Of a DNA stretch of 64,000 nt, positions 9,022 to 18,214 are shown in pieces. The notes beneath the pieces are model-generated. The model was not told where the DNA came from. It did not search any database and was given only the letters and a program-made list of their open reading frames with translations. Source of the stretch: an uncultured Clostridia bacterium (GTDB taxonomy: Bacteria > Bacillota > Clostridia > Oscillospirales > Acutalibacteraceae); contig CALCQJ010000122.1 in assembly GCA_937894845.1 (NCBI GenBank), positions 2,660 to 66,659 on the forward strand, written 5' to 3'. The position numbers and the translations under genes are program-made. How positions within the stretch are numbered: the first letter of the stretch is position 1; the number at the start of each line of letters is the position of its first letter.

Positions 9022-9867
9022 ATGAAATTAAAATTTAGTTTAAGCAAATTATTCTTATATATATTTCTTATTGCGCTTGTATCCTTTACAGCACTTCCGC
9101 TTGTTTATCTTGTTTCATCCGCATTCAAACCGCTTGATGAGCTGTTTTTATTTCCCCCGCGATTTTTTGTCAAACGGCCGACATTTAACAATTTTACAGA
9201 ATTGCTGACAGCAGTAAGCAGCTCGACAGTTCCTTTTACACGATATTTTTTCAACAGTGCATTTGTGAGCATGGCCAGTGTTGGGATGTCTGTAATTGTC
9301 TGTTCAATGGCAACCTACTCAATTACAAAGCTTAAGCTTCCCTTTGCAAAAATGTTTTTTAACCTTATAGTTGCTGCATTGATGTTTTCACCACCCGCAG
9401 CTGCTATTTCCAATTATATTCTTGTCAATAAACTGGGAATGATGAATACGTATTGGGCATTAATTATTCCAAAGGTTGCCGGCTCATATTATTTTTTCCT
9501 GATGCGTCAGAACTTTATTCTAATCCCGGATGTAATTGTTGAGTCAGCCAGAATTGATGGATGTAATCCGTGGAAAATTTACACCAAAATTATTATGCCG
9601 CTGTCCAAGCCGGTTTTGGCTACTATTACAGTTTTTTCATTTGTTGCAAATTGGAATGATTTTCACTCCCCCCTTATTTACATAAACAAACAGGCACTTA
9701 AAACCCTGCCGCTGGCGCTTCAAATGCTTCAAGGAGGTGCAGGACAGGTAGCCCGCTCCGGTGCTATGGCAGCCGCTGCCCTTTTGACCACAGCACCTAC
9801 AATAATTGTATTTGTATTTATGCAATCAAAGGTTATCAACACTATGGCGCACACAGGCATTAAATAA
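9022..9867 (+). CDS. Carbohydrate ABC transporter permease (MalG-like)
   Basis: EAA loop ESARIDGCNPWKIYTKIIMPLSKP. The ORF is open from 9004, overlapping the upstream stop. The ATG at 9022 has the better SD (GGGTGAG, 4-nt spacer). Confidence 0.8.
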   Translation: MKLKFSLSKLFLYIFLIALVSFTALPLVYLVSSAFKPLDELFLFPPRFFVKRPTFNNFTELLTAVSSSTVPFTRYFFNSAFVSMASVGMSVIVCSMATYSITKLKLPFAKMFFNLIVAALMFSPPAAAISNYILVNKLGMMNTYWALIIPKVAGSYYFFLMRQNFILIPDVIVESARIDGCNPWKIYTKIIMPLSKPVLATITVFSFVANWNDFHSPLIYINKQALKTLPLALQMLQGGAGQVARSGAMAAAALLTTAPTIIVFVFMQSKVINTMAHTGIK

Positions 9868-9909
9868 CCGGCGCGACCTTCGTCTAATATTTAAATGGTG
9901 GAGGATGAA

Positions 9910-11997
9910 ATGAAGCAATTTAAAAGGTTATTCAGAATTAAAAAGTCGATTATTATATTATTTATATCGTTTGTTACAGCAATCAGCTTAATAACCGACG
10001 CCTCCGCCGATTATTATATTACCAATACGGAGCTTGGCACCCAGGGAATACCCAAGACCTATACTGTTTCAAATGTAATCGGAAGCTTTGGAGGCACGGA
10101 AGTGCTTGCAAATCCGATTGATTTATTTATTGATGATAAGGATAACCTATACATTCTGGACTCAGGTAATTCACGGATATTGGTGCTGGACGAAGACGGT
10201 AAATTTCTGCGGGAGATATCGGACAGCTACGGAAAAGATTCACTTTCTCTCAACAATCCGGGCGGAATATATGTTGATGAAATCGGAGATATATTTATTG
10301 CAGATACAGGAAATGCGCGTATACTGCATCTTAACAGCAACGGTGGCTTTATTGAAGAGTTTTTTCAGCCAAAGGAAGATACATATGATACATCGTATCC
10401 ATTTAAGCCAAGCAAGGTGTATTTGGATTCCGCCGGAAAGCTGTATACTGTTAACGATTTTGACTGGCACGGAATTATTGTAATGGATGGGGAAAACCGG
10501 TTTCTCGGTTATATAGGCGGCAGTAAGATTGGTTTCAGTTTAACTGACTGGTTTGTCAGGATATTTGCAACTAAGGCACAGAAGGAACAGCTTGCAAGGG
10601 AAACGCCTCCGTATTTTTCGAATTTTTTAATTAATGAAGGCCTGATTTATACTACATCATATTGGGAAGACAAAAATCAGATTAAAAAGCTTACTCCGGC
10701 CGGTGATAATATCTTTCCAAAAAAGCTTTACGGGGAGATGAATGAAAAAACAAACTTTAATGAGCGCCCCGGCTTTGTTGACCTTGCAGTGGACAAAAAG
10801 GGAATTGTTTATGCTGCCGATATGGTGGTCAGCAAAATATATGTATATGATCAGGAAGGAAATAATCTGGCTGTTTTCGGTGGCGAGGGCAGGCGCAAAG
10901 GCTATTTTAATAATATTTCTTCGATTGCAGTTAATTCCAAGGGTGATCTTTATATTCTCGACCGCATAACCGGTCTTATACAGGTTTTTACTCCTACAGA
11001 GCTAATGCGCAATATCATAGCAGCCACAACATGCTATAACGAGGGGCAATATGAGGCCGCTATTGAGTCGCTTAACATGATACAAGGCTTTGACAGCACC
11101 AATTATTTTGCAAATATTGCACTGGCGAAGGTGCAATACCGTCTTGGCAACACAAAAAAAGCCATGGCCCTTTACCGTATGTCCTTTAATAAGTCCGGTT
11201 ACTCCGATGTTTTTGGTGATTACAGAATAGATTGGGTAAGAAATAATTTTCTGCTGCTATTTATCGGAATTTTATCTGCAATGTTTTTGGCAACGTTTGG
11301 GTTCTTAAAACTTAAAAAGTATGCAGATGCAACATCACAGCAAACAACTATTCCGGATAGGCACTTTGGTTTCAAGGGGTATGTACGCCTTGGAGTTTTA
11401 ATGATTTTTCATCCAATCGATTGCTGTGACGGTATTAAGGCAAACCGTAAAAAGCTAACCTACTGGCCCGTAATTATTCTAACGGCTGCAATTATTCTTG
11501 CTCGCATTATCTATCTGTTTTTAGTGCATTTTCCACTAGCCGATCTGAACGCAGCAAAAGCTGATCTATGGCAGCAGGTCGCCATGATTCTTATCCCTCT
11601 ATTTTCATGGATTATTGTCTGCTTCTTGATATCCTCCATCTCTGAGGGCAAGCAGACATTTCTCGAAGCATTATTTTCATCCTTGTTCTCCTTTTTGCCG
11701 TATATAGTGCTTACAATACCGCTTGGCTTGTTATCGCGTTGCCTTACATCAGGTGAAAGAGGTCTGTTCGAACTTCTCTCTTCAATTATTCTTATGTGGA
11801 GTATAGGTCTGCTTCTGCTTTCCTGTAAGCTGCTTAATCAATATAGCTTCGGGAAGCTTGTAGGGCTCATTTTAAAGACTATATTCGGGATATTATGCTT
11901 ATGGATGATCACAATGCTGTTTTATATTGTTGTTTATCAATCTTTTAATTTCTTTAAAAGTATCTACACTGAGTTTAATATACTGATAAATCGCTGA
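9910..11997 (+). CDS. Membrane protein with a signal anchor, NHL-type beta-propeller repeats, a TPR-like segment and a C-terminal multi-TM Yip1-like domain
   Basis: About 5 NHL-like blades (LYILDSGNSRILVLDEDG, IFIADTGNARILHLNSNG, VYAADMVVSKIYVYDQEG, LYILDRITGLIQVF). TPR-like GQYEAAIESL...LGNTKKAMALY. About 5 hydrophobic helices in the last 250 aa. SD GGAGG lies 5 nt before the ATG at 9910 (ORF open from 9895). Confidence 0.6.
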   Translation: MKQFKRLFRIKKSIIILFISFVTAISLITDASADYYITNTELGTQGIPKTYTVSNVIGSFGGTEVLANPIDLFIDDKDNLYILDSGNSRILVLDEDGKFLREISDSYGKDSLSLNNPGGIYVDEIGDIFIADTGNARILHLNSNGGFIEEFFQPKEDTYDTSYPFKPSKVYLDSAGKLYTVNDFDWHGIIVMDGENRFLGYIGGSKIGFSLTDWFVRIFATKAQKEQLARETPPYFSNFLINEGLIYTTSYWEDKNQIKKLTPAGDNIFPKKLYGEMNEKTNFNERPGFVDLAVDKKGIVYAADMVVSKIYVYDQEGNNLAVFGGEGRRKGYFNNISSIAVNSKGDLYILDRITGLIQVFTPTELMRNIIAATTCYNEGQYEAAIESLNMIQGFDSTNYFANIALAKVQYRLGNTKKAMALYRMSFNKSGYSDVFGDYRIDWVRNNFLLLFIGILSAMFLATFGFLKLKKYADATSQQTTIPDRHFGFKGYVRLGVLMIFHPIDCCDGIKANRKKLTYWPVIILTAAIILARIIYLFLVHFPLADLNAAKADLWQQVAMILIPLFSWIIVCFLISSISEGKQTFLEALFSSLFSFLPYIVLTIPLGLLSRCLTSGERGLFELLSSIILMWSIGLLLLSCKLLNQYSFGKLVGLILKTIFGILCLWMITMLFYIVVYQSFNFFKSIYTEFNILINR

Positions 11998-12019
11998 ACA
12001 AGTCGGAAAGGGTGTCTAT

Positions 12020-14653
12020 ATGCTCACGCTGAAAAAAATAAGAGTTTTCAGAGTGTTGATTTTGCTTATAGTGATAATCTTACTGTTGGGCATCACTTAT
12101 TCAGCAAATTTACTAAACAGCCTTAAATATAAAAGTCATATGAACGCTGTAGAAACAGGCATAATTGCAGATTTAGCTATTCCAGCAGGTGATGCAGCGG
12201 ATGCATCCCGATTCTCAGAACAGAATCCCGTTGGAGCAGGATATCGCAAAGTAGCTGAAAACAACAATCTTATACTTTTTCTTGAAGATAATCTTCAGGG
12301 TATAAAGCTATATGATAAACAGTCGGGTCAGATTTGGAGCAGCCTTATGCAAGGAGAGGGACTGTCTGCCGCCGATTTATCTGAAAGCTACTATAATGCA
12401 ATGAATTCTATGCTTACATTTCAATATGTAGATTTGCACAGGAACGGCACAAAGGAGGAACTGACATATTCCTCGGTAGAGCCGTGTGAAGGCTCATATG
12501 AAGCAATTTTAAACGGTGTACGTGTAACATATAATTTTTACGAATTAAATATCCATCTTTCAGTTGACTTTACGTTGGAGGATAATCGTCTGTCTGTTTC
12601 TGTACCTGACGAGTTGATAGAAGAAAATATCAGCGGTGATGATGAGCTTGAAAAGAACCGTAAACAGCTAAAGCTTCTTATAAAAAAGCTAGAGACAGGC
12701 GGCGATGATGTTAAAAAAGCTACCTCTATGTCAGATTATTCGGAAAGCAAGCACAGAATTATTGAGCTGACAATAAACAGCAACAGAGAGATTTTACTTT
12801 CACTGGAAAATCATGCTTTATCGGGCAACCTCTCCCCGAATGCCCTTGATGACCTTAATGATAATATTAAAAGACTTTTATCATTAACTGATGATAATAA
12901 AACAGCACAGGAGCTTTTATCTGAAATCCGGCCGACGATTGACGAACTGGAGATCATTTCGCAAAAGCTATCTGACAGCCGTTCAACCGGGATTACATCA
13001 CTGCAGGTTATTCCTTACTTCGGGGCACAGCGCTCCAGTACTGACGGATATGTTTTTTTCCCTGACAGAAACGGAGCCATTTCATATTTTAATCGCAAGC
13101 ATTCTGTCATGGCGGGCGTATATCAGCAGGATATATATTCAGAGCATGCAATATTACAGCTGATAAATACTGAAAGCGTTAATATTGAAACAAATTATAC
13201 TTCTCCGACGATGATGCCGGTATTCGGTATAAAGGCTGAAAAGAGCGCTTTTGTTGGAATAATTGATAAAGGTGATACAGATAGTGCTATATTATTTAAT
13301 CCGTGTCAGCCTGATATAGATGCGGGAAATATAAATCCATTATATTACGTAAGAAAGAAATCCACCTATGTAAGCGAAAATAGCAACCAGAATATAATAT
13401 TCGATAGGCTTCGTACCAAAACTGATTGGAGGACATATTATGTTTTTTTAAACGGTGAAGCTGCGGATTATTCCGGCATGGCAGTGGAATACCGCAAATA
13501 TCTTGAAGAAAAAGAGCTGCTTGTTCCGTCTAAGATGATGGGCAAAGATTTGCCAATTGGGCTTAGATATTTTATGGGTATTGAAAGCAATCGTCAAAGC
13601 TTATTACGTGAATATATAACCATGACTCGATTCTCTGATATTATCGACCATCTGAATTTTTTTAAGAATGCCGGTGTGGAAAATGTTATGATCAACATTT
13701 CCGATTGGAGCGAGCATAACGGCGTAAGGGAACCCGACACTTTAAAGCCGGCAGGTGAAATCGGCGGCATTAAGGGTCTTACCCAATTATCTGAATTCGC
13801 AAAAAATAATAACTATCTTCTCAGCTTTTCTAAACAAATGGTTTGGGCAAACCGAAAGGATATGTCATCTGAATTTATTGATACAGCAGCTGTCAGAAAC
13901 AAAAGCCTGCTTACATTTGCAAGCTACGGATGGCATTTGCTGAACCCGCTTTATATCTATAACAGCAATGTATCGGATAGTCTTATAACGTTTAAAAAAT
14001 ACGGAATAAATGGTCTGGAGATAGGTGCTGCAGGAAATCTTCTTTATTTTGATTATAACAGCTCTGGTTCTGTTGATAGGTCGGATACCGCAAGGGTTTT
14101 TAATAAGCTTGCGCGGGAAATCCAGAAGACTTTGGGATACTCCGTCGGGACACAGGCTAATTCCTATATGTTTTCTGCGCTGGATTGGAACATGTATGTA
14201 AGCTTAGAGGACAGTAAATTTTTATATGCTGATGAAAATGTACCTTTTTATCAAATGGTCATACATGGCAGCATTCCATATACGGGAGAGGAATTTAATC
14301 TGATGCATGATGAAACTCTTCAGAAATTACAGGCAATTGAATATGGGTATCTACCATATTTTTTTATTACCGAGGAACCACCGTTTAAGATGCGTGAAGC
14401 AGGTTATAATTATTTTTTATCCGGGCATGCCGGGACTTTGCTCAACAACATATCAGAGATTTATCAAGATTATAAAGAGGATTTCGGCGCAATATGGAAC
14501 AAAAAAATAATTCGACATAACCGCCTGTCTGACACAATAAGTAAAACGGAATATGATGGAGGCTACAGCGTATATGTCAATTACGGGGATACCGAGGCTT
14601 CAATTGACAATATAACAATAGGTGCAAAAGATTATACAGTTGTCAGGACATAG
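12020..14653 (+). CDS. Large membrane-anchored extracytoplasmic protein of unknown function (resembles DUF5696-type proteins from memory, unverified)
   Basis: 877 aa. N-terminal anchor VLILLIVIILLLGITY. Contains a coiled-coil-like insert. I see no catalytic motif I can name. It sits between the two permease pairs. Confidence 0.5.
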   Translation: MLTLKKIRVFRVLILLIVIILLLGITYSANLLNSLKYKSHMNAVETGIIADLAIPAGDAADASRFSEQNPVGAGYRKVAENNNLILFLEDNLQGIKLYDKQSGQIWSSLMQGEGLSAADLSESYYNAMNSMLTFQYVDLHRNGTKEELTYSSVEPCEGSYEAILNGVRVTYNFYELNIHLSVDFTLEDNRLSVSVPDELIEENISGDDELEKNRKQLKLLIKKLETGGDDVKKATSMSDYSESKHRIIELTINSNREILLSLENHALSGNLSPNALDDLNDNIKRLLSLTDDNKTAQELLSEIRPTIDELEIISQKLSDSRSTGITSLQVIPYFGAQRSSTDGYVFFPDRNGAISYFNRKHSVMAGVYQQDIYSEHAILQLINTESVNIETNYTSPTMMPVFGIKAEKSAFVGIIDKGDTDSAILFNPCQPDIDAGNINPLYYVRKKSTYVSENSNQNIIFDRLRTKTDWRTYYVFLNGEAADYSGMAVEYRKYLEEKELLVPSKMMGKDLPIGLRYFMGIESNRQSLLREYITMTRFSDIIDHLNFFKNAGVENVMINISDWSEHNGVREPDTLKPAGEIGGIKGLTQLSEFAKNNNYLLSFSKQMVWANRKDMSSEFIDTAAVRNKSLLTFASYGWHLLNPLYIYNSNVSDSLITFKKYGINGLEIGAAGNLLYFDYNSSGSVDRSDTARVFNKLAREIQKTLGYSVGTQANSYMFSALDWNMYVSLEDSKFLYADENVPFYQMVIHGSIPYTGEEFNLMHDETLQKLQAIEYGYLPYFFITEEPPFKMREAGYNYFLSGHAGTLLNNISEIYQDYKEDFGAIWNKKIIRHNRLSDTISKTEYDGGYSVYVNYGDTEASIDNITIGAKDYTVVRT

Positions 14654-14684
14654 GGAATGGCTTCAAAGGAGGTGAAGAGCTAAC

Positions 14685-15536
14685 TTGATTAAGATAAAGT
14701 CACTTGAAAAAAGACGCAGGTTTGCCGGATATATATTTCTTTCACCATGGCTTATAGGCTTTCTTATCTTTATGCTTTATCCGCTGTGTGCAAATTTTAT
14801 TATGAGCTTCAGTAAAATCACCGATGTGGTCGGACTTAAAACTCAATTAATAGGATTTGAAAATTATAATAAACTTTTCACGGAAAGCACGGAGTTTATT
14901 CCCGCATTTATAGATACACTAACAAAGACATTTTTATGGACGCCGTTTATTATTGTATTCTCTTTGTTTCTGGCAATCTTGCTTAACAGAAAGCTGATGT
15001 TTAAGGGAATATTCAGAATTATATTTTTTATGCCGGTATTACTCGGCAGTGGTTACATAATGCAGCAGCTTGGTGGAGCAGCTAACATTTTAAAACTTCC
15101 GTTGGATGCAAAAAAATTGATTGAGTATTATATCAGCCAGGATATATCAGCATTTTTGCAAGAGCTGCTGGAGCAAATTATGCGTGTTTTTTGGAAGACC
15201 GGAGTTCAGATTGTAATATTTTTATCAGGATTGCAAAGCATTCCGGAATCGTACTATGAGGCTGCCAAGGTGGATAATGCCAATAGCTGGGATAGCTTCT
15301 GGAAGATAACCTTGCCCATGCTATCACCTGTTATATTGCTTAATACTGTATATACAATGATAGAGAGCTTCCGGAATACGGATAATAAAATTGCTAATCT
15401 TATAGTTAAAATAATCTTTAATAGTGCGGATTATGAATATGGTGCTGCAATGGGATGGATTTATTTTTCAGTAACTTTTCTAATTATCGGATTTATCTTC
15501 TTGGTATCAAGGAGGCTTGTAAATTATGAAAAGTAG
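14685..15536 (+). CDS. Carbohydrate ABC transporter permease
   Basis: TTG start 10 nt after SD AAGGAGGTG. EAA loop EAAKVDNANSWDSFWKITLPMLSP. Multi-TM. Confidence 0.8.
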   Translation: MIKIKSLEKRRRFAGYIFLSPWLIGFLIFMLYPLCANFIMSFSKITDVVGLKTQLIGFENYNKLFTESTEFIPAFIDTLTKTFLWTPFIIVFSLFLAILLNRKLMFKGIFRIIFFMPVLLGSGYIMQQLGGAANILKLPLDAKKLIEYYISQDISAFLQELLEQIMRVFWKTGVQIVIFLSGLQSIPESYYEAAKVDNANSWDSFWKITLPMLSPVILLNTVYTMIESFRNTDNKIANLIVKIIFNSADYEYGAAMGWIYFSVTFLIIGFIFLVSRRLVNYEK

Positions 15537-16461
15537 ATTTAAAACAATTTCAGGCCATATTTACAGCTTAAATGAGAATTATTTTAGAATGAGCAAATTC
15601 CACTTTGCTAACATTATTGCAAACATTATCAGCTATATGATGTTGATTGCTCTATCGGTAATTTTTTTGGCGCCGTTTATTTATATGCTGGGACATTCGC
15701 TTATGTCTTCGACGGATTTGGCTGATATAAATGTGGTGTGGCTGCCACGCAGCTTTATAATGAAAAATTATTCTCTGGCAATTACCGTGTTGAATTACAA
15801 AAGCCGGCTGATATGGAGCTTGCTTATTACAGTGACCGGTGTTATAGGGCAGGTAGCCTCTTGCTCATTTGTCGGCTATGGACTTGGCAGAATTAATTTC
15901 AAAGGGCGCGGTACTGCATTTGCATTAATAATATTCTCTATGTTGGTACCTCCCCAGACGATTATTATGTCTCAATATTTAATGTTTGCCCGGGCGGGAT
16001 TCTTAAATACGGCGGTACCCATAGTAATGCCCACTTTTTTCTCCCTTGGATTAAACGGGGGGTTGTTCGTTTTCTTATTTCGTCAATTTTTTAAAAGTAT
16101 GCCCCGCGAACTTGAGGATGCGGCGCTGATAGACGGCGCGGGGGTTTTTGGCGCATATTTTCGAATCATGCTGCCTAACTGTTCTTCTACTATTCTTGTA
16201 ACAGTAATTTTATCGTTTATTTGGCAATGGAACAACTATTTCGAGCCTACAATTTATATTAATGATCTTAGCAAATATACACTTGTTATGATGTTGTCAA
16301 ATCTTAGGGAAACTGCATTAAATCAATTTAACTTGAGTGGCTTTAACAATGGTATCAATCTTGCAGCAACAGTTCTGTGCGCGTTACCGCCAATAATATT
16401 GTTTTTTGTTTTACAAAGATGGTTTATTAAAGGGATTGAGACTACCGGACTTGCAAACTAA
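15526..16461 (+). CDS. Carbohydrate ABC transporter permease
   Basis: Overlaps the upstream gene by 11 nt. SD AGGAGG. EAA loop DAALIDGAGVFGAYFRIMLPN. Confidence 0.8.
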   Translation: MKSRFKTISGHIYSLNENYFRMSKFHFANIIANIISYMMLIALSVIFLAPFIYMLGHSLMSSTDLADINVVWLPRSFIMKNYSLAITVLNYKSRLIWSLLITVTGVIGQVASCSFVGYGLGRINFKGRGTAFALIIFSMLVPPQTIIMSQYLMFARAGFLNTAVPIVMPTFFSLGLNGGLFVFLFRQFFKSMPRELEDAALIDGAGVFGAYFRIMLPNCSSTILVTVILSFIWQWNNYFEPTIYINDLSKYTLVMMLSNLRETALNQFNLSGFNNGINLAATVLCALPPIILFFVLQRWFIKGIETTGLAN

Positions 16462-16611
16462 TAATTAATGTGCAGAAATTTACTCGCAACTCTGAAAAAG
16501 GATTAGAGATTACTTGATGCTTTAATAATCCTAAAACAATTTATAAACCGTATAGTGGTTACATTTTCGGATTTTTAGTACACATCAATCATTAATAAAG
16601 AAGGAGTGACT

Positions 16612-18102
16612 ATGATGCCTATTAGGTGTAGAAGAGTTTTGGTTTTTATACTTGTTTTTTCTTTTTTTATTGGCGCAGCATCAGGATGTAAAAAAGAGCC
16701 GATTAAAGGCGGCAGCTTGGTTGAAAATTCGGGAAATGATTACAGTGATATTTCGAGCAATGGTGATGTTGGCGACGAGAGCGGGTATGATTCGGATAAC
16801 TCCAATGGCAATGAAGATAACAGCCGGTCCGAAGACGCGTCTCAAAGCAATAACAGCGAAACGGGTGGCTCTGATTCGCGAACAGGAGGAACCGGCACGC
16901 CCGGCACAACACCTGGCACAACACCCGGCAAAACAACTTCACCCGGTCCCAATACAGGCAAAAAGGTAATTGAAATTTGGGATTCGGAGAGTAATGAGAC
17001 ATTAACACTTGCGGCTGTTGATTATGAGAGCAAAAACAAAAATGTTACAATTTCAATTAAGCAGCAGGGCAAAACATCTCTTAATATGCTAAAAATGGCA
17101 GTAGCTGCAAAAAGTGCGCCGGATATTGTATGTATGGATCAGGTATATTTAGTAGCAGCGGGTAATCTTTCATATCTGCATGACCTTACAAAGTATGGTG
17201 CAAATAATGTTAAAAGTAAATTTACCGATTCATGCATCAAAAGCATAACATATCAAAATAAGCTATACGGTCTTCCGTTTGATGCCAATACAATATGCTT
17301 TATTTATAATAAAGATATTATAAATCAGGCCGGTGCCGCAGTTCCTACAAATTACAATGAGCTTATTACCGCAAGCAACAAGATAAAAGCAAAGTTCGGC
17401 ACCTCAAAATACTCTTATACAGTACCCTTTGACGGATGGAATAATAAGAACTGGATGGCATTTAATTATTTCTTCTGGCTATGGAGAATGGGTGGAGAAA
17501 TATTAACCCCCGATCTTAAGAAAGCCGCCTTTAACAGCACAGAGGGTGTTCAAGCGCTCCAGATGCTCGTCAATATGAAAAACGACGGACTTGCAGCACC
17601 AACCTATAAGCATAATGAGTTTTTCAGCGGTCAGGTAGGCATGATAGATATTGGCTCATGGACCTATAATAAGGTTTTTGGGGCTGACAAAAGTGGCAAT
17701 TTCGGTGTTTCACTGCTGCCTGTATTAAAAACCGGAGTTCTTCCTTATTCAGGACTGGGTTTGTATTGTTACGGTGTAACTACCGGCAGTAAGAATGTCC
17801 AGGAAGCATATAATTTTATTGAATTCTATTGCACAAGCTCAAAATATCAGCTTCAATATTGTAAGAGAAATAATTTTTTACCTTCTTTAAAGGGCGCATA
17901 TAATGATTCTTTTTATTCTGCACCTGAATGGAAGGTTATGATTAAGCAGCTTGGTTATTCAAAATTCCGCCCCGGAGTTCCGAATTGGGACAGGATGGAG
18001 GAATCAATTGCAGATGCTGTTAAACTGGCCGTACTGGGACAAAAATCACCGAAAGAGGCATTGGATGCAGCTGCAAACAATGTCAACAGATTGATTAAAT
18101 AG
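16612..18102 (+). CDS. Lipoprotein ABC sugar-binding protein (CUT1 family)
   Basis: Lipobox FIGAASGC, a long S/N/D/G/T/P-rich linker, then an SBP fold (APDIVCMDQ..., YGLPFDANT). SD GAAGGAG precedes the ATG at 16612. Confidence 0.8.
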   Translation: MMPIRCRRVLVFILVFSFFIGAASGCKKEPIKGGSLVENSGNDYSDISSNGDVGDESGYDSDNSNGNEDNSRSEDASQSNNSETGGSDSRTGGTGTPGTTPGTTPGKTTSPGPNTGKKVIEIWDSESNETLTLAAVDYESKNKNVTISIKQQGKTSLNMLKMAVAAKSAPDIVCMDQVYLVAAGNLSYLHDLTKYGANNVKSKFTDSCIKSITYQNKLYGLPFDANTICFIYNKDIINQAGAAVPTNYNELITASNKIKAKFGTSKYSYTVPFDGWNNKNWMAFNYFFWLWRMGGEILTPDLKKAAFNSTEGVQALQMLVNMKNDGLAAPTYKHNEFFSGQVGMIDIGSWTYNKVFGADKSGNFGVSLLPVLKTGVLPYSGLGLYCYGVTTGSKNVQEAYNFIEFYCTSSKYQLQYCKRNNFLPSLKGAYNDSFYSAPEWKVMIKQLGYSKFRPGVPNWDRMEESIADAVKLAVLGQKSPKEALDAAANNVNRLIK

Positions 18103-18214
18103 CATGCTTTTAAATGTGAATTGCCCTACATAAGCTGTATCCGGCAGTTATTTTCCGCATTAAGTATCTGCCGTATAATAAAAATTTTTTATAATGCGGA
18201 GAAAAGGAGAAACT

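Noticed and set aside
16499-16533. AGGATTA...TAATCCT inverted repeat between the fourth permease gene and the lipoprotein SBP gene, considered as a terminator or attenuator
   Set aside because: The stem is only 7 bp with a 21-nt loop and no U-tract. That is too weak to call.
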